NCBI GenBank assembly: GCA_038207395.1
Contig: JBBQZW010000001.1
Location: forward strand, 142,862 to 206,861
Reading direction: 5' to 3'
Source of the DNA: Minisyncoccia bacterium
GTDB lineage: Bacteria > Patescibacteriota > Minisyncoccia > Phycocordibacterales > Phycocordibacteraceae
Length of the DNA stretch: 64,000 bases
The notes under the pieces are model-generated. The model saw nothing but the letters and a program-made list of their open reading frames with translations, did no database searches and was not told the DNA's origin. Shown piece by piece: positions 52,986 to 60,386 of this stretch. Positions within the stretch are counted from its first letter, which is position 1, and each line of letters starts with the position of its first letter. Position numbers and translations under genes: made by a program.

Positions 52986-53528
52986 ATGAATATCGAAAAA
53001 ACTAGCTTCGATAGGTCCCTCAAAAAAGTACGGGGACTCTATCAAAATCATCTTGAAGGAGTGCTCAGCCCATCTAGTTTCACAACTAAGGCACGTACTG
53101 AGTTACATTTCCTTTATATGCAACACACCAGGAATTTGATTGAGAGGACCGCTTCTCGCTTCATCGAAGAGATTCGTTCTTTTCAAGCCCAGTTTGGTCT
53201 TGATCTAGACTGCGACGAAGTATATCTTACTCAAGTGACTCGAGGATATCGTGGTATCCGTGCAAGCCTGCACATCCGTAACAAGGTGTACAAGTATTCT
53301 TCCGGATCAACAGAAGTGTTCATTGGTCCGTTCGATGAATGGGGCAAGATTGCAATACATACGGTTGGTGAGCGAGAGTTTGGAAACCGGCCAAGCCTGT
53401 ATACAAAGAGGAAGAAAAATCGTTGGCAGCAGGTGCAGGAATATAACTTCCCGGATCTACTCCAATGGATAAAGGAAGAGGTTGAACGACCTGAACCTGA
53501 ATTTGACGAAGATGATGTTCCTTTTTAG
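52986..53528 (+). CDS. Hypothetical protein (ORFan) with acidic DDVPF tail
   Basis: GAGGAGG RBS; ends EFDEDDVPF; terminator-like hairpin 53535-53578. Confidence 0.7.
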   Translation: MNIEKTSFDRSLKKVRGLYQNHLEGVLSPSSFTTKARTELHFLYMQHTRNLIERTASRFIEEIRSFQAQFGLDLDCDEVYLTQVTRGYRGIRASLHIRNKVYKYSSGSTEVFIGPFDEWGKIAIHTVGEREFGNRPSLYTKRKKNRWQQVQEYNFPDLLQWIKEEVERPEPEFDEDDVPF

Positions 53529-53587
53529 AACCGTCCGCCTGAAACCCCTCGCTGGTCTCTCGGCGAGGCGGTTTTTTATAAAGATGT

Positions 53588-53622
53588 TGGTTGGGGGTTT
53601 GGACAGTATTCGAACAAATCTA
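53588..53622 (+). repeat. Degenerate direct repeat copy 1 (att-like)
   Basis: tggttgggggtttggacagtattcgaacaaatcta. Confidence 0.45.
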
Positions 53623-53653
53623 ATTGCGACTAATCGATGTATAGAAAAAAGGC

Positions 53654-54211
53654 TTACCAGTTCGGTAAGCCTTCAATAAGTAGTAGTTTTGCTAGCTGAT
53701 CAAATATTTCAGCTTCGGCACGCATTTGTGGGATACCATGTCGAATGTAATGTCTTTCATTACCCTTATCCAAGGTCACGAGTGGTAGCAGATGCGCGTG
53801 AAGTTTATCCGCTTTGATTCTAAGGTTCGTAGCGGTGGCTTGTAGTGCTTCCGCTATTTGATTGAAGTTCATTCTGCTTAGTAGCTGCAGTAGATCTTGC
53901 GTCTCTTGAATGGACGTTTCAATCTCTTCGCTCTCTTGTTTGTTCTTTTCCAAATGATGCTGCTGTGCTTCTGCGCCGACAGCTGCAAGCGATAGAATTT
54001 CTTTAACTGAGCGAGGTTCGCATCCTTCAAGCAAATTATCCTCCAGACCAACGATATCCTGTTCTTTGCACTATGCCTCCAATTTGTCGGGATCAATTAT
54101 AGTTGCGATCCATTCATCTTGGTCAAGTGATTCTTGCGCCAGACGTTTAAGCCTTTCGCTTAAAATATGGACAAGATGAGATACAACTTGCTCACGATTT
54201 ATAAACAACAT
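53654..54211 (-). pseudogene. Hypothetical gene interrupted by in-frame TAG (54071-54073)
   Basis: Track ORFs 54071..54271 and 53654..54034 share a frame: ...DPDKLEA*CKEQDIVGLEDNLLEGC...; AGGAG RBS before ATG 54211. Confidence 0.6.
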
Positions 54212-54273
54212 CTTATTTCTCCTGAATTGTACTCTCAAAAGTATTTGAACATTTTGTATTAAAAAAGTCAATT

Positions 54274-54307
54274 GTTGACCGTCTGGGACGATATTCGAAC
54301 AATTCTA
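54274..54307 (+). repeat. Degenerate direct repeat copy 2 (att-like)
   Basis: gttgaccgtctgggacgatattcgaacaattcta. Confidence 0.65.
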
Positions 54308-54369
54308 AATAAGTAAAATAAAAGGCGCCGTACCACAAGGGTCGTGCGCCTTCTACTAAAAATCGAAGA

Positions 54370-54828
54370 TCAAGCCGGGTAGATTTCCGCAACACCGTGA
54401 TCAACGACCACGACGGCAAGCTCAATCATATTCTTGAGTTTTTCGGCAGCCTGAGGGTCGAACGTCTCAAGAACAAGCTGAATGCCTTCGCGCTCCGACA
54501 AGCCGCGTGCGAACGGGACTTCATTCGCATCACGATATACTTGCCAGTTGTGGTTCGGCATCAGCATTTCGGCCAGAGGCGCACCGTGCGGATCATCCAC
54601 GTTGATGAGGGTAATTACAACCTCTTCGGCAGTGAGCCCCCTGATCGCAGCGCGCTCCTTGAAATGAGCAACACGGTCGAGCTGAAGGTTCAGTGTGTTC
54701 TGGCAGTTGTGCTTGCCGACTGCTTGAAACATGGCAAAAGCGGCAGAATCATCGAGCACCAGTTGTCCATCGATTTCGCGGACGACTGATTGAGGTTCCT
54801 GCAAGCCGCCGCTTACTTTCATATCCAT
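54370..54828 (-). CDS. Hypothetical protein (GC-richer)
   Basis: Open frame with GAGGA RBS; hairpin 54322-54352 downstream. Confidence 0.7.
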   Translation of the reverse strand: MDMKVSGGLQEPQSVVREIDGQLVLDDSAAFAMFQAVGKHNCQNTLNLQLDRVAHFKERAAIRGLTAEEVVITLINVDDPHGAPLAEMLMPNHNWQVYRDANEVPFARGLSEREGIQLVLETFDPQAAEKLKNMIELAVVVVDHGVAEIYPA

Positions 54829-54891
54829 ATCTACTTTCCTTCTTTTGTTCAAAACCAAAAGAACAATACAATCGTTTATTGAAAATGTCTA

Positions 54892-54919
54892 GCTGGCCGT
54901 CTAGGACGATATTCGAACA
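54892..54919 (+). repeat. Degenerate direct repeat copy 3 (att-like)
   Basis: gctggccgtctaggacgatattcgaaca; 25/28 identical to copy 2. Confidence 0.65.
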
Positions 54920-54933
54920 CATCTCCCAACTAT

Positions 54934-55590
54934 CTATGAGGTAGGACTTTCGTTATCTCGAGTATTGAAAGCCAGCTGAGCAGCGAATGCGCGCTTGTAT
55001 GCAGGACGTTCCTCTCCGCGTTTAACATAGGACGCGAGATTTGGATACTCATCTAATATGCCTGACGACCTTACCCTGAGTAGCACAGATATCATCATTA
55101 GATCCCCTGCACTGAATTCAGCTTCAAGCCAGTCTGCATCTCCCAAATATGCAGAGAGTCGCTGTAATCGATCTCGAATTCTATCCATGACTAAAGGAAG
55201 TCGCTCAGGCGTCCACAGCTTATCTCCCTCAGCGAACTTTGCAATCGATAGCTCTAGGATAGGTGGTTCGACAGTATTCAGTGCGGCAAATATCCACGTG
55301 ATAGCTCGTGCTCGCGCAGTACTATCATTCGGTAGAAGACCCGGGTGAGCTTCGGCAATATGAAGTACGATTGATCCCGTTTCAAACAATACTAATTCTC
55401 CTTCTTTGTAGATAGGGATTGAACCAAAAGGCTGAAGTGCTAAATATGCAGATTCCTTTAATGCTTTAAAAGAGACGGGCCGGACTTCATACGATTGGCC
55501 AACTTCCTCAAGAGCCCATCTAACACGAGTATCACGAGCTAGCCCTTTACCGCCATCAGGTGAACGATCAAATGCGCTGATAATAATCAT
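54934..55590 (-). CDS. Glutathione S-transferase family protein
   Basis: GLARDTRVRWALEEVG, QPFG.IP, LFETGSIVLHIA, FSAGDL. Confidence 0.9.
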   Translation of the reverse strand: MIIISAFDRSPDGGKGLARDTRVRWALEEVGQSYEVRPVSFKALKESAYLALQPFGSIPIYKEGELVLFETGSIVLHIAEAHPGLLPNDSTARARAITWIFAALNTVEPPILELSIAKFAEGDKLWTPERLPLVMDRIRDRLQRLSAYLGDADWLEAEFSAGDLMMISVLLRVRSSGILDEYPNLASYVKRGEERPAYKRAFAAQLAFNTRDNESPTS

Positions 55591-55666
55591 ACGAAAAGTA
55601 TATGCTATCGATCAGTTTTTAATAAATCCTCAGGCTCTCAGGACGCACGAAACTAACTCCTAAGTT

Positions 55667-55688
55667 GCTGGCCGTCTCGAGTTCGAAC
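55667..55688 (+). repeat. Degenerate direct repeat copy 4 (att-like, internally shortened)
   Basis: gctggccgtctcgagttcgaac; shares gctggccgtct and ttcgaac with copy 3. Confidence 0.5.
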
Positions 55689-55821
55689 CGTATAGAACCA
55701 AGCCCGGGTTAGTCCGTTTGGTGAGCTGGAGCTAGTCGAGAACGACGCGTCTCGTGCACCTAAGAAAGTTACAAAAGTGACACAGGAATGAGGTTTTGAG
55801 TGTCACTTGAATAGTTACACA

Positions 55822-56874
55822 CTATTGTCCTCTTTCCAGAACCTCTTGCACTCGGCCTTTTAATTTCAAGGTATTTCCATGCCTCAATAAGCCCAGATAA
55901 GACTGGATTGTTTCACTCTTAACTCCATTCTCGTGTATAGATTTGAGCATGCGTTTCTTAGTCGTAGTACGCAGAGTCCTGTGGTAAGGAAAATGTACCC
56001 AACCAAGAAAATCTATTCCTGACGATACGGTCGCAATAGAAACCTTCAACGGATGGATGGTAAGTCGTAATCTCTCCATGAGGAATGCTTCAATAAGGGG
56101 AAGTTGCGTTTCAAGCGACGCTCTATCTGAAGAGAGGAGCACAAAATCGTCTGCATAGCGCATATAGTATTTAGCCCTTAACATATGCTTCGCGAAATGA
56201 TCGAACTCGTTCATATATACGTTCACGAGGAGTTGGCTCGTGAGATTCCCGAGCGGTAGTCCGACGCCCTTTCTTGTGGAAGAAAAGCTTTCGATAATTT
56301 GGGACAATAACCAACAGATATCCTCATCTGGAATATAGCTCTGAATAATCGAAGTAAGGATGCCGTGATCTATAGATGCGAAGAATTTTCGGATGTCACA
56401 TTTCAGCACCCACCCCGTCTTTGTATAGTTCTTGGAAACCTTACCAGAGAAACGATTGAATCGTTCGAGGGCTTTATGGACACCTTTATTATCTCGGCAT
56501 GAATAGGAGTCAGCGATAAACGTCCGATCGAAGAACGGATAGAGCTTCCGATACAACGCGTGATGCAGAAGTCGATCACGCACACTCGCCTTATGAATAT
56601 CGCGTGGCTTCGGATCAGATATCTTGAATGCCCAATACTCAGAGTGACGGTAGATCTTGCTAGCAAGGTCGTCTCGGAGTCTCAGAATGTTATCCATGAG
56701 ATTCTCCTCAAATTCCCGCACGTCGGTGCGACTCCGCTTCCCCGAAGCGAACTCACGCCATGCTTCGAGCAGGTTTTCTAGCGAAATGATATCGTGATAG
56801 GAACTACTTGATTGAATTTTATTAGGAACATGGAACGTACCCCCCCCCCGAGACTTTTGCCAGTTATTGAGCAT
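55822..56874 (-). CDS. DGR reverse transcriptase
   Basis: ISLENLLEAW, DPKPRDI...VRDRLLHHAL, DSYSCR..KG, LKCDIRKFFASIDH, GLPLGNLTSQ, YMRYADDF, IDFLG; start codon uncertain. Confidence 0.95.
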   Translation of the reverse strand: MLNNWQKSRGGGTFHVPNKIQSSSSYHDIISLENLLEAWREFASGKRSRTDVREFEENLMDNILRLRDDLASKIYRHSEYWAFKISDPKPRDIHKASVRDRLLHHALYRKLYPFFDRTFIADSYSCRDNKGVHKALERFNRFSGKVSKNYTKTGWVLKCDIRKFFASIDHGILTSIIQSYIPDEDICWLLSQIIESFSSTRKGVGLPLGNLTSQLLVNVYMNEFDHFAKHMLRAKYYMRYADDFVLLSSDRASLETQLPLIEAFLMERLRLTIHPLKVSIATVSSGIDFLGWVHFPYHRTLRTTTKKRMLKSIHENGVKSETIQSYLGLLRHGNTLKLKGRVQEVLERGQ

Positions 56875-57204
56875 GCTGTTTCAGTATATAAGCTCTGGTA
56901 TGAGTATCGAGACCATTTCCCAAAGAAATCTCGCTATACGCTGGGCGACCGGATAGACCTAGTTTTCATACAGCTCGTGGAATTGCTGTGGGCAGCAGGG
57001 TACCAGGCGAAAGATGAGAAGCTCCCCACCATAGCAGCCGCGATACGGAAATTAGACGGTCTTAAATTTTTGCTTCGTATTGCGTGGGAAATTCAGATTC
57101 TCGATAGCACGAAGTACGCCTCCCTGTCTGAACCTCTCTTTGAGATCGGGAAGATGCTTGGCGGTTGGCGAAAAGGCATAGAAACGAAAACTCCCACACG
57201 TTAA
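56830..57204 (+). CDS. avd: DGR accessory variability determinant (Avd-like four-helix bundle)
   Basis: FPKKSRYTLGDRI...LDGLKFLLRIA...EIGKMLGGW; lies between RT and TR. Confidence 0.88.
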   Translation: MERTPPPRLLPVIEHAVSVYKLWYEYRDHFPKKSRYTLGDRIDLVFIQLVELLWAAGYQAKDEKLPTIAAAIRKLDGLKFLLRIAWEIQILDSTKYASLSEPLFEIGKMLGGWRKGIETKTPTR

Positions 57205-57222
57205 GTGCGGGAGAACCGTGGG

Positions 57223-57340
57223 AGTTTCGAGAGAACGCTCGATTACCGGCATTCCAGTTGTCATCGTCCAGCTTCCACGTGTTGACGTTCCACTTCCGAT
57301 CGTCGCCGTTCCAGTTGACGTTGACGACATAGCCTGCGAC
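57223..57340 (-). repeat. DGR template repeat (TR), 118 bp
   Basis: Aligns ungapped to 57681-57798 with 15 mismatches, all at TR adenines (minus strand); AAC/GAC-rich. Confidence 0.95.
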
Positions 57341-57634
57341 TCTCGTACCTAGCGCCATCTGTGCCACCATCCGTTGAGTACTCTCCGGACTGAATAGTAT
57401 TTGGGACGTCGAAGTCCTCCAGCGTTAGATACCAACTACCAAGATTTTTTATAAAATTCCGGGCGCATGCTTTCTCAAGCCGTAGCCGGAGAGATTCGAG
57501 CCCACGGAATTCCAGAGTCCCTATGCCTAAGCCAATAGCCGAGACATCACCAAGAACTCAATACCAGTATACAAAATAAAAATCCCTCGGATTTCAAAGA
57601 TACAAAGTATCAAAGAGATAAGAGAGATTTCGGT

Positions 57635-57664
57635 GGCGAGTCTGGCCGGATTGCCAGACTCGCC
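57635..57664 (-). other. DGR target-recognition hairpin/cruciform downstream of VR
   Basis: Perfect 12-bp stem ggcgagtctggc-cggatt-gccagactcgcc, 14 nt past target stop. Confidence 0.8.
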
Positions 57665-57678
57665 CAAGATGTTCAGGT

Positions 57679-58322
57679 TCAGTTGCGAGAGAACGCTCGA
57701 CCACCGGCATCCCAGTTGACAACGCCCAGCTCCCACGTGTAGACGTCCCACCTCCGACCGCCGCCGTACCAGTTGACGTCGACGACATAGCCTGCGACGT
57801 AGAACAGGTTCGCATAGCCGTTGTTGAGGAGGTCGCCCGCCTCGCCATTGGGTTGCTTGCTGATCATCTGGTCGATGCGAGCGCACAGCTCGGACTCGTC
57901 GAAGATGTAGTCCTCGCCGAGGCCGGGCGTGATCTCGCGATCGTAGGCGTTTTTCGTCAGCTCGCGCGAGATGAGGGTCAACGAGTCGAGGCTTTCGACC
58001 GGCTTCGCCTTCGAGCGCACACGCGACACGAAGTCGTCGGAGACCCAGACACCCTTGCGGGTTTTGAGAGCCGACGGGTCGTAGGTCGCAATGGCGTCGA
58101 GCGAGACACTGTCGTTGATCAGCTTCAGCACAGCAGGCTTGGGAGCCTGCTGTGCTGAAGCTGATTCGGAAGCCCCGAGCGCAGAACGCTCTTGAGATGG
58201 GCTTCCCACGCCGCGCCATTTTCGCCGGTGAACCGGTTCATGACGTCGAGCGACAGGTTGACTTGGGGTTGGGACAGATTGACCGAAGCCCGCACGAGCG
58301 AGCCGAGCATGTCTTTGGACAT
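57679..58322 (-). pseudogene. DGR target (variable) protein, split by a 1-nt frameshift near 58165-58175
   Basis: ATG 58322 has AAGGAG RBS but that frame stops at 58125; VR-bearing frame ends ...NGYANLFYVAGYVVDVNWYGGGRRWDVYTWELGVVNWDAGGRAFSRN*. Confidence 0.75.
57681..57798 (-). repeat. DGR variable repeat (VR), 118 bp
   Basis: Encodes last 39 codons of target; A->G x10, A->T x4, A->C x1 versus TR. Confidence 0.95.
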
Positions 58323-58459
58323 GGTCTATTCTCCTTTAGGGAGCACGCTGTACAACGAATTCGGATGGTTCCCGATTCGCCACAGCAGGAGGAGCCCTAA
58401 AATAAGGCGCTTTCTGCTGTGGCGAACTGCAACTGAATATCAAGGAACTAGTCTGTACC

Positions 58460-58488
58460 ACTTTATCACGATATGATGATAAAGTCAA
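58460..58488 (-). promoter_or_regulatory. Sigma70-type promoter for DGR target with overlapping palindrome
   Basis: Minus strand TTGACT-17-TAAAGT; inverted repeat ctttatca-N8-tgataaag (58461-58484). Confidence 0.55.
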
Positions 58489-58571
58489 GTAGCACGCGAC
58501 TCTTTTTAGTCTACACGCGGCAATGGGGTTAGAAACTCATAAGACTGTTGAAATGGGCTTATAATTACGCT

Positions 58572-58949
58572 ATGCCAAAGAAACGCGTCGTCATTCTCAC
58601 AGATTTAGCCCTTCACACTCGGGCTGGCCAGCCTACGGCGAGTTTTGCACGTGCTGAGGAGAAGGCTATAGCTGAAAACAAGCTTGGACGTGTGTATGGA
58701 AAGCTCGCTAAGCCAAAGCCCGAAGATATAGACGAGAAGACCCATACGATTAAATTCCGTATTGATCTCCCACCAGACCTAATGGAACAAGTGCAGAGGG
58801 GCGAAGTAGAACTTGCCATGCCCGAAGGAGGGCTGCCTATTTATGTTGGGAAAGATACTCAGGAATTCATGCAGAACATGAATCGCAAGGAGCGTCGACG
58901 CCAGCAATTCAAGAAACACGGCACGAAGACTTGGCGGCCAAAAAGGTAG
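58572..58949 (+). CDS. Hypothetical basic protein
   Basis: MPKKRV... to MNRKERR...; TATAAT just upstream (leaderless-type start). Confidence 0.65.
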   Translation: MPKKRVVILTDLALHTRAGQPTASFARAEEKAIAENKLGRVYGKLAKPKPEDIDEKTHTIKFRIDLPPDLMEQVQRGEVELAMPEGGLPIYVGKDTQEFMQNMNRKERRRQQFKKHGTKTWRPKR

Positions 58950-59102
58950 TGCTATACTGTAGGAACAATTGAATATACAAGTGGTGCCGTACGCATGTCC
59001 CGCCCACTTCGTTGAGAGAGCCTGAATTCGTCAGCATAGCTGATTAGTTGAGACTTCCCTGCGAAGTGGGCTTTCTCGTTATCTACCTAATAAGTAACGA
59101 GC

Positions 59103-60386
59103 ATGAATAAACTATCTTGGACAACAATCCAAAAACGCGTAAACGATCTGATTCCCCAGGAGATCAACCCTCGCAAGATCACCGACAAACAAATGTCGGA
59201 CCTGAAGCGAAGCCTTAAGAAGTTCAATCTGGTGGAAATCCCCGCCGTGGATTATGACGGCACGATATTAGCAGGACATCAGCGTATCAAGGCTCTCCAG
59301 CTTCTTGGTCGCGGAGATGAGATGATCGACATCCGAGTACCTAATCGCAAACTAACCGAGAAAGAGTCTAAGGAATACCTGATCGGCTCCAACAAACTTG
59401 GTGGAGATTGGGACTTCGACATTCTGAAATCATTTGAACTCGATACGCTCTCGTTCGCAGGATTCGACGACCTTGAGCTTTCTAAGTTCTGGGACACTGA
59501 TAACGAAACTAAGGAGGACGCGTTCGACGTTGAGAAGGAGTTGAAGAAGATCATAGAACCGAAGACAAAGCTCGGTGACATTATTCGTCTTGGTAATCAC
59601 AAGATTCTTTGTGGCGACTCGACTGACCCGAAGAATCTTGCACGGCTTCTAGGGAGCGAACGCGCCAGCATGATCTACTCAGATCCCGTCTACAACATCT
59701 CTATCGACTACGACGGAGGCATTGGCGGTAAGAAGGATTACGGAGGAAACGTAAACGACACGCGCACCTACGAGGAATACAAGACTTTCATCAAGGAAAG
59801 CCTCGCTGCCGCGCTCGCCGTAGCAGACCCCAACACCCATATCTTCTACTACTGTGATCAGGTCTATATTGGCTTGATACAGGAAATTTACCGATCGCTC
59901 GGCATCGCTAACAAGCGGGTGTGCCTGTGGCTCAAGAACTCACAGAACCCAGTGCCGAAGGTGTACTGCAACAAGGCATATGAACCAGCCGTATACGGCA
60001 CGCGTGGAAGACCATACCTCGCGGAAGCCGTAAGCAATCTCAACGAGGTTATGAACAAGGAGTTCGGTACGGGAAACGAGCTTGTGGCGCAGGTGGACGA
60101 CTTCCTCGAGATCTGGACGGCAAAGCGACTTGCCGCGAAGGACTACAAGCACGCGACCTCAAAGCCGATCACACTCCACGAGAAAGCCATAAAGCGATGT
60201 ACCAGACCAAACGAAATCATTCTCGATAGCTTCCTGGGTTCAGGCAGTACCCTGCTTGCCGGAGAACAGCTTGGACGACGCGTGTACGGATGTGAGCTTG
60301 AGCCACGCTTCTGCGACCTAATCGCGATTAGGTTCGAGGCACTTACTGGAACCAAGCCAGTCATCGAACACCATGAAAAAGAATAA
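59103..60386 (+). CDS. ParB-N domain + N6A/N4C DNA methyltransferase (phage-type)
   Basis: NPRKI, ILAGHQR (ParB); HKILCGDST, SDPVYN, HATSKP, ILDSFLGSGSTL, GCELEP. Confidence 0.88.
   Translation: MNKLSWTTIQKRVNDLIPQEINPRKITDKQMSDLKRSLKKFNLVEIPAVDYDGTILAGHQRIKALQLLGRGDEMIDIRVPNRKLTEKESKEYLIGSNKLGGDWDFDILKSFELDTLSFAGFDDLELSKFWDTDNETKEDAFDVEKELKKIIEPKTKLGDIIRLGNHKILCGDSTDPKNLARLLGSERASMIYSDPVYNISIDYDGGIGGKKDYGGNVNDTRTYEEYKTFIKESLAAALAVADPNTHIFYYCDQVYIGLIQEIYRSLGIANKRVCLWLKNSQNPVPKVYCNKAYEPAVYGTRGRPYLAEAVSNLNEVMNKEFGTGNELVAQVDDFLEIWTAKRLAAKDYKHATSKPITLHEKAIKRCTRPNEIILDSFLGSGSTLLAGEQLGRRVYGCELEPRFCDLIAIRFEALTGTKPVIEHHEKE

Larger units (their letters stand above)
55822..58322 (-). mobile_element. 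Diversity-generating retroelement (RT, Avd, TR, VR-containing target gene)
   Basis: All canonical DGR parts present; TR/VR differ only at TR adenines. Confidence 0.95.

Noticed and set aside
53588-55688. CRISPR array or classical integron attC sites
   Set aside because: Spacing is 600-800 bp with whole genes between copies; no cas genes, no tyrosine integrase and no attC-type palindromes.
55822-56874. Group II intron or retron RT
   Set aside because: Short RT without maturase/endonuclease extension; SQ motif, Avd and a TR/VR pair identify a DGR.
57052-57370. Track ORFs spanning TR as a second target gene
   Set aside because: They are the TR read in frame running into antisense avd; no RBS or N-terminal domain, and TR holds the adenine-rich template state.
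57481-57512. tRNA-like fragment (ggagagattcgagccc)
   Set aside because: Only a T-loop-like word; T-stem pairing is poor and no cloverleaf forms.
57527-58219. 230-aa alternative-frame ORF over the DGR target
   Set aside because: Arg-rich GC-frame artefact; TR adenines fit codon positions 1-2 only in the frame ending at 57679.
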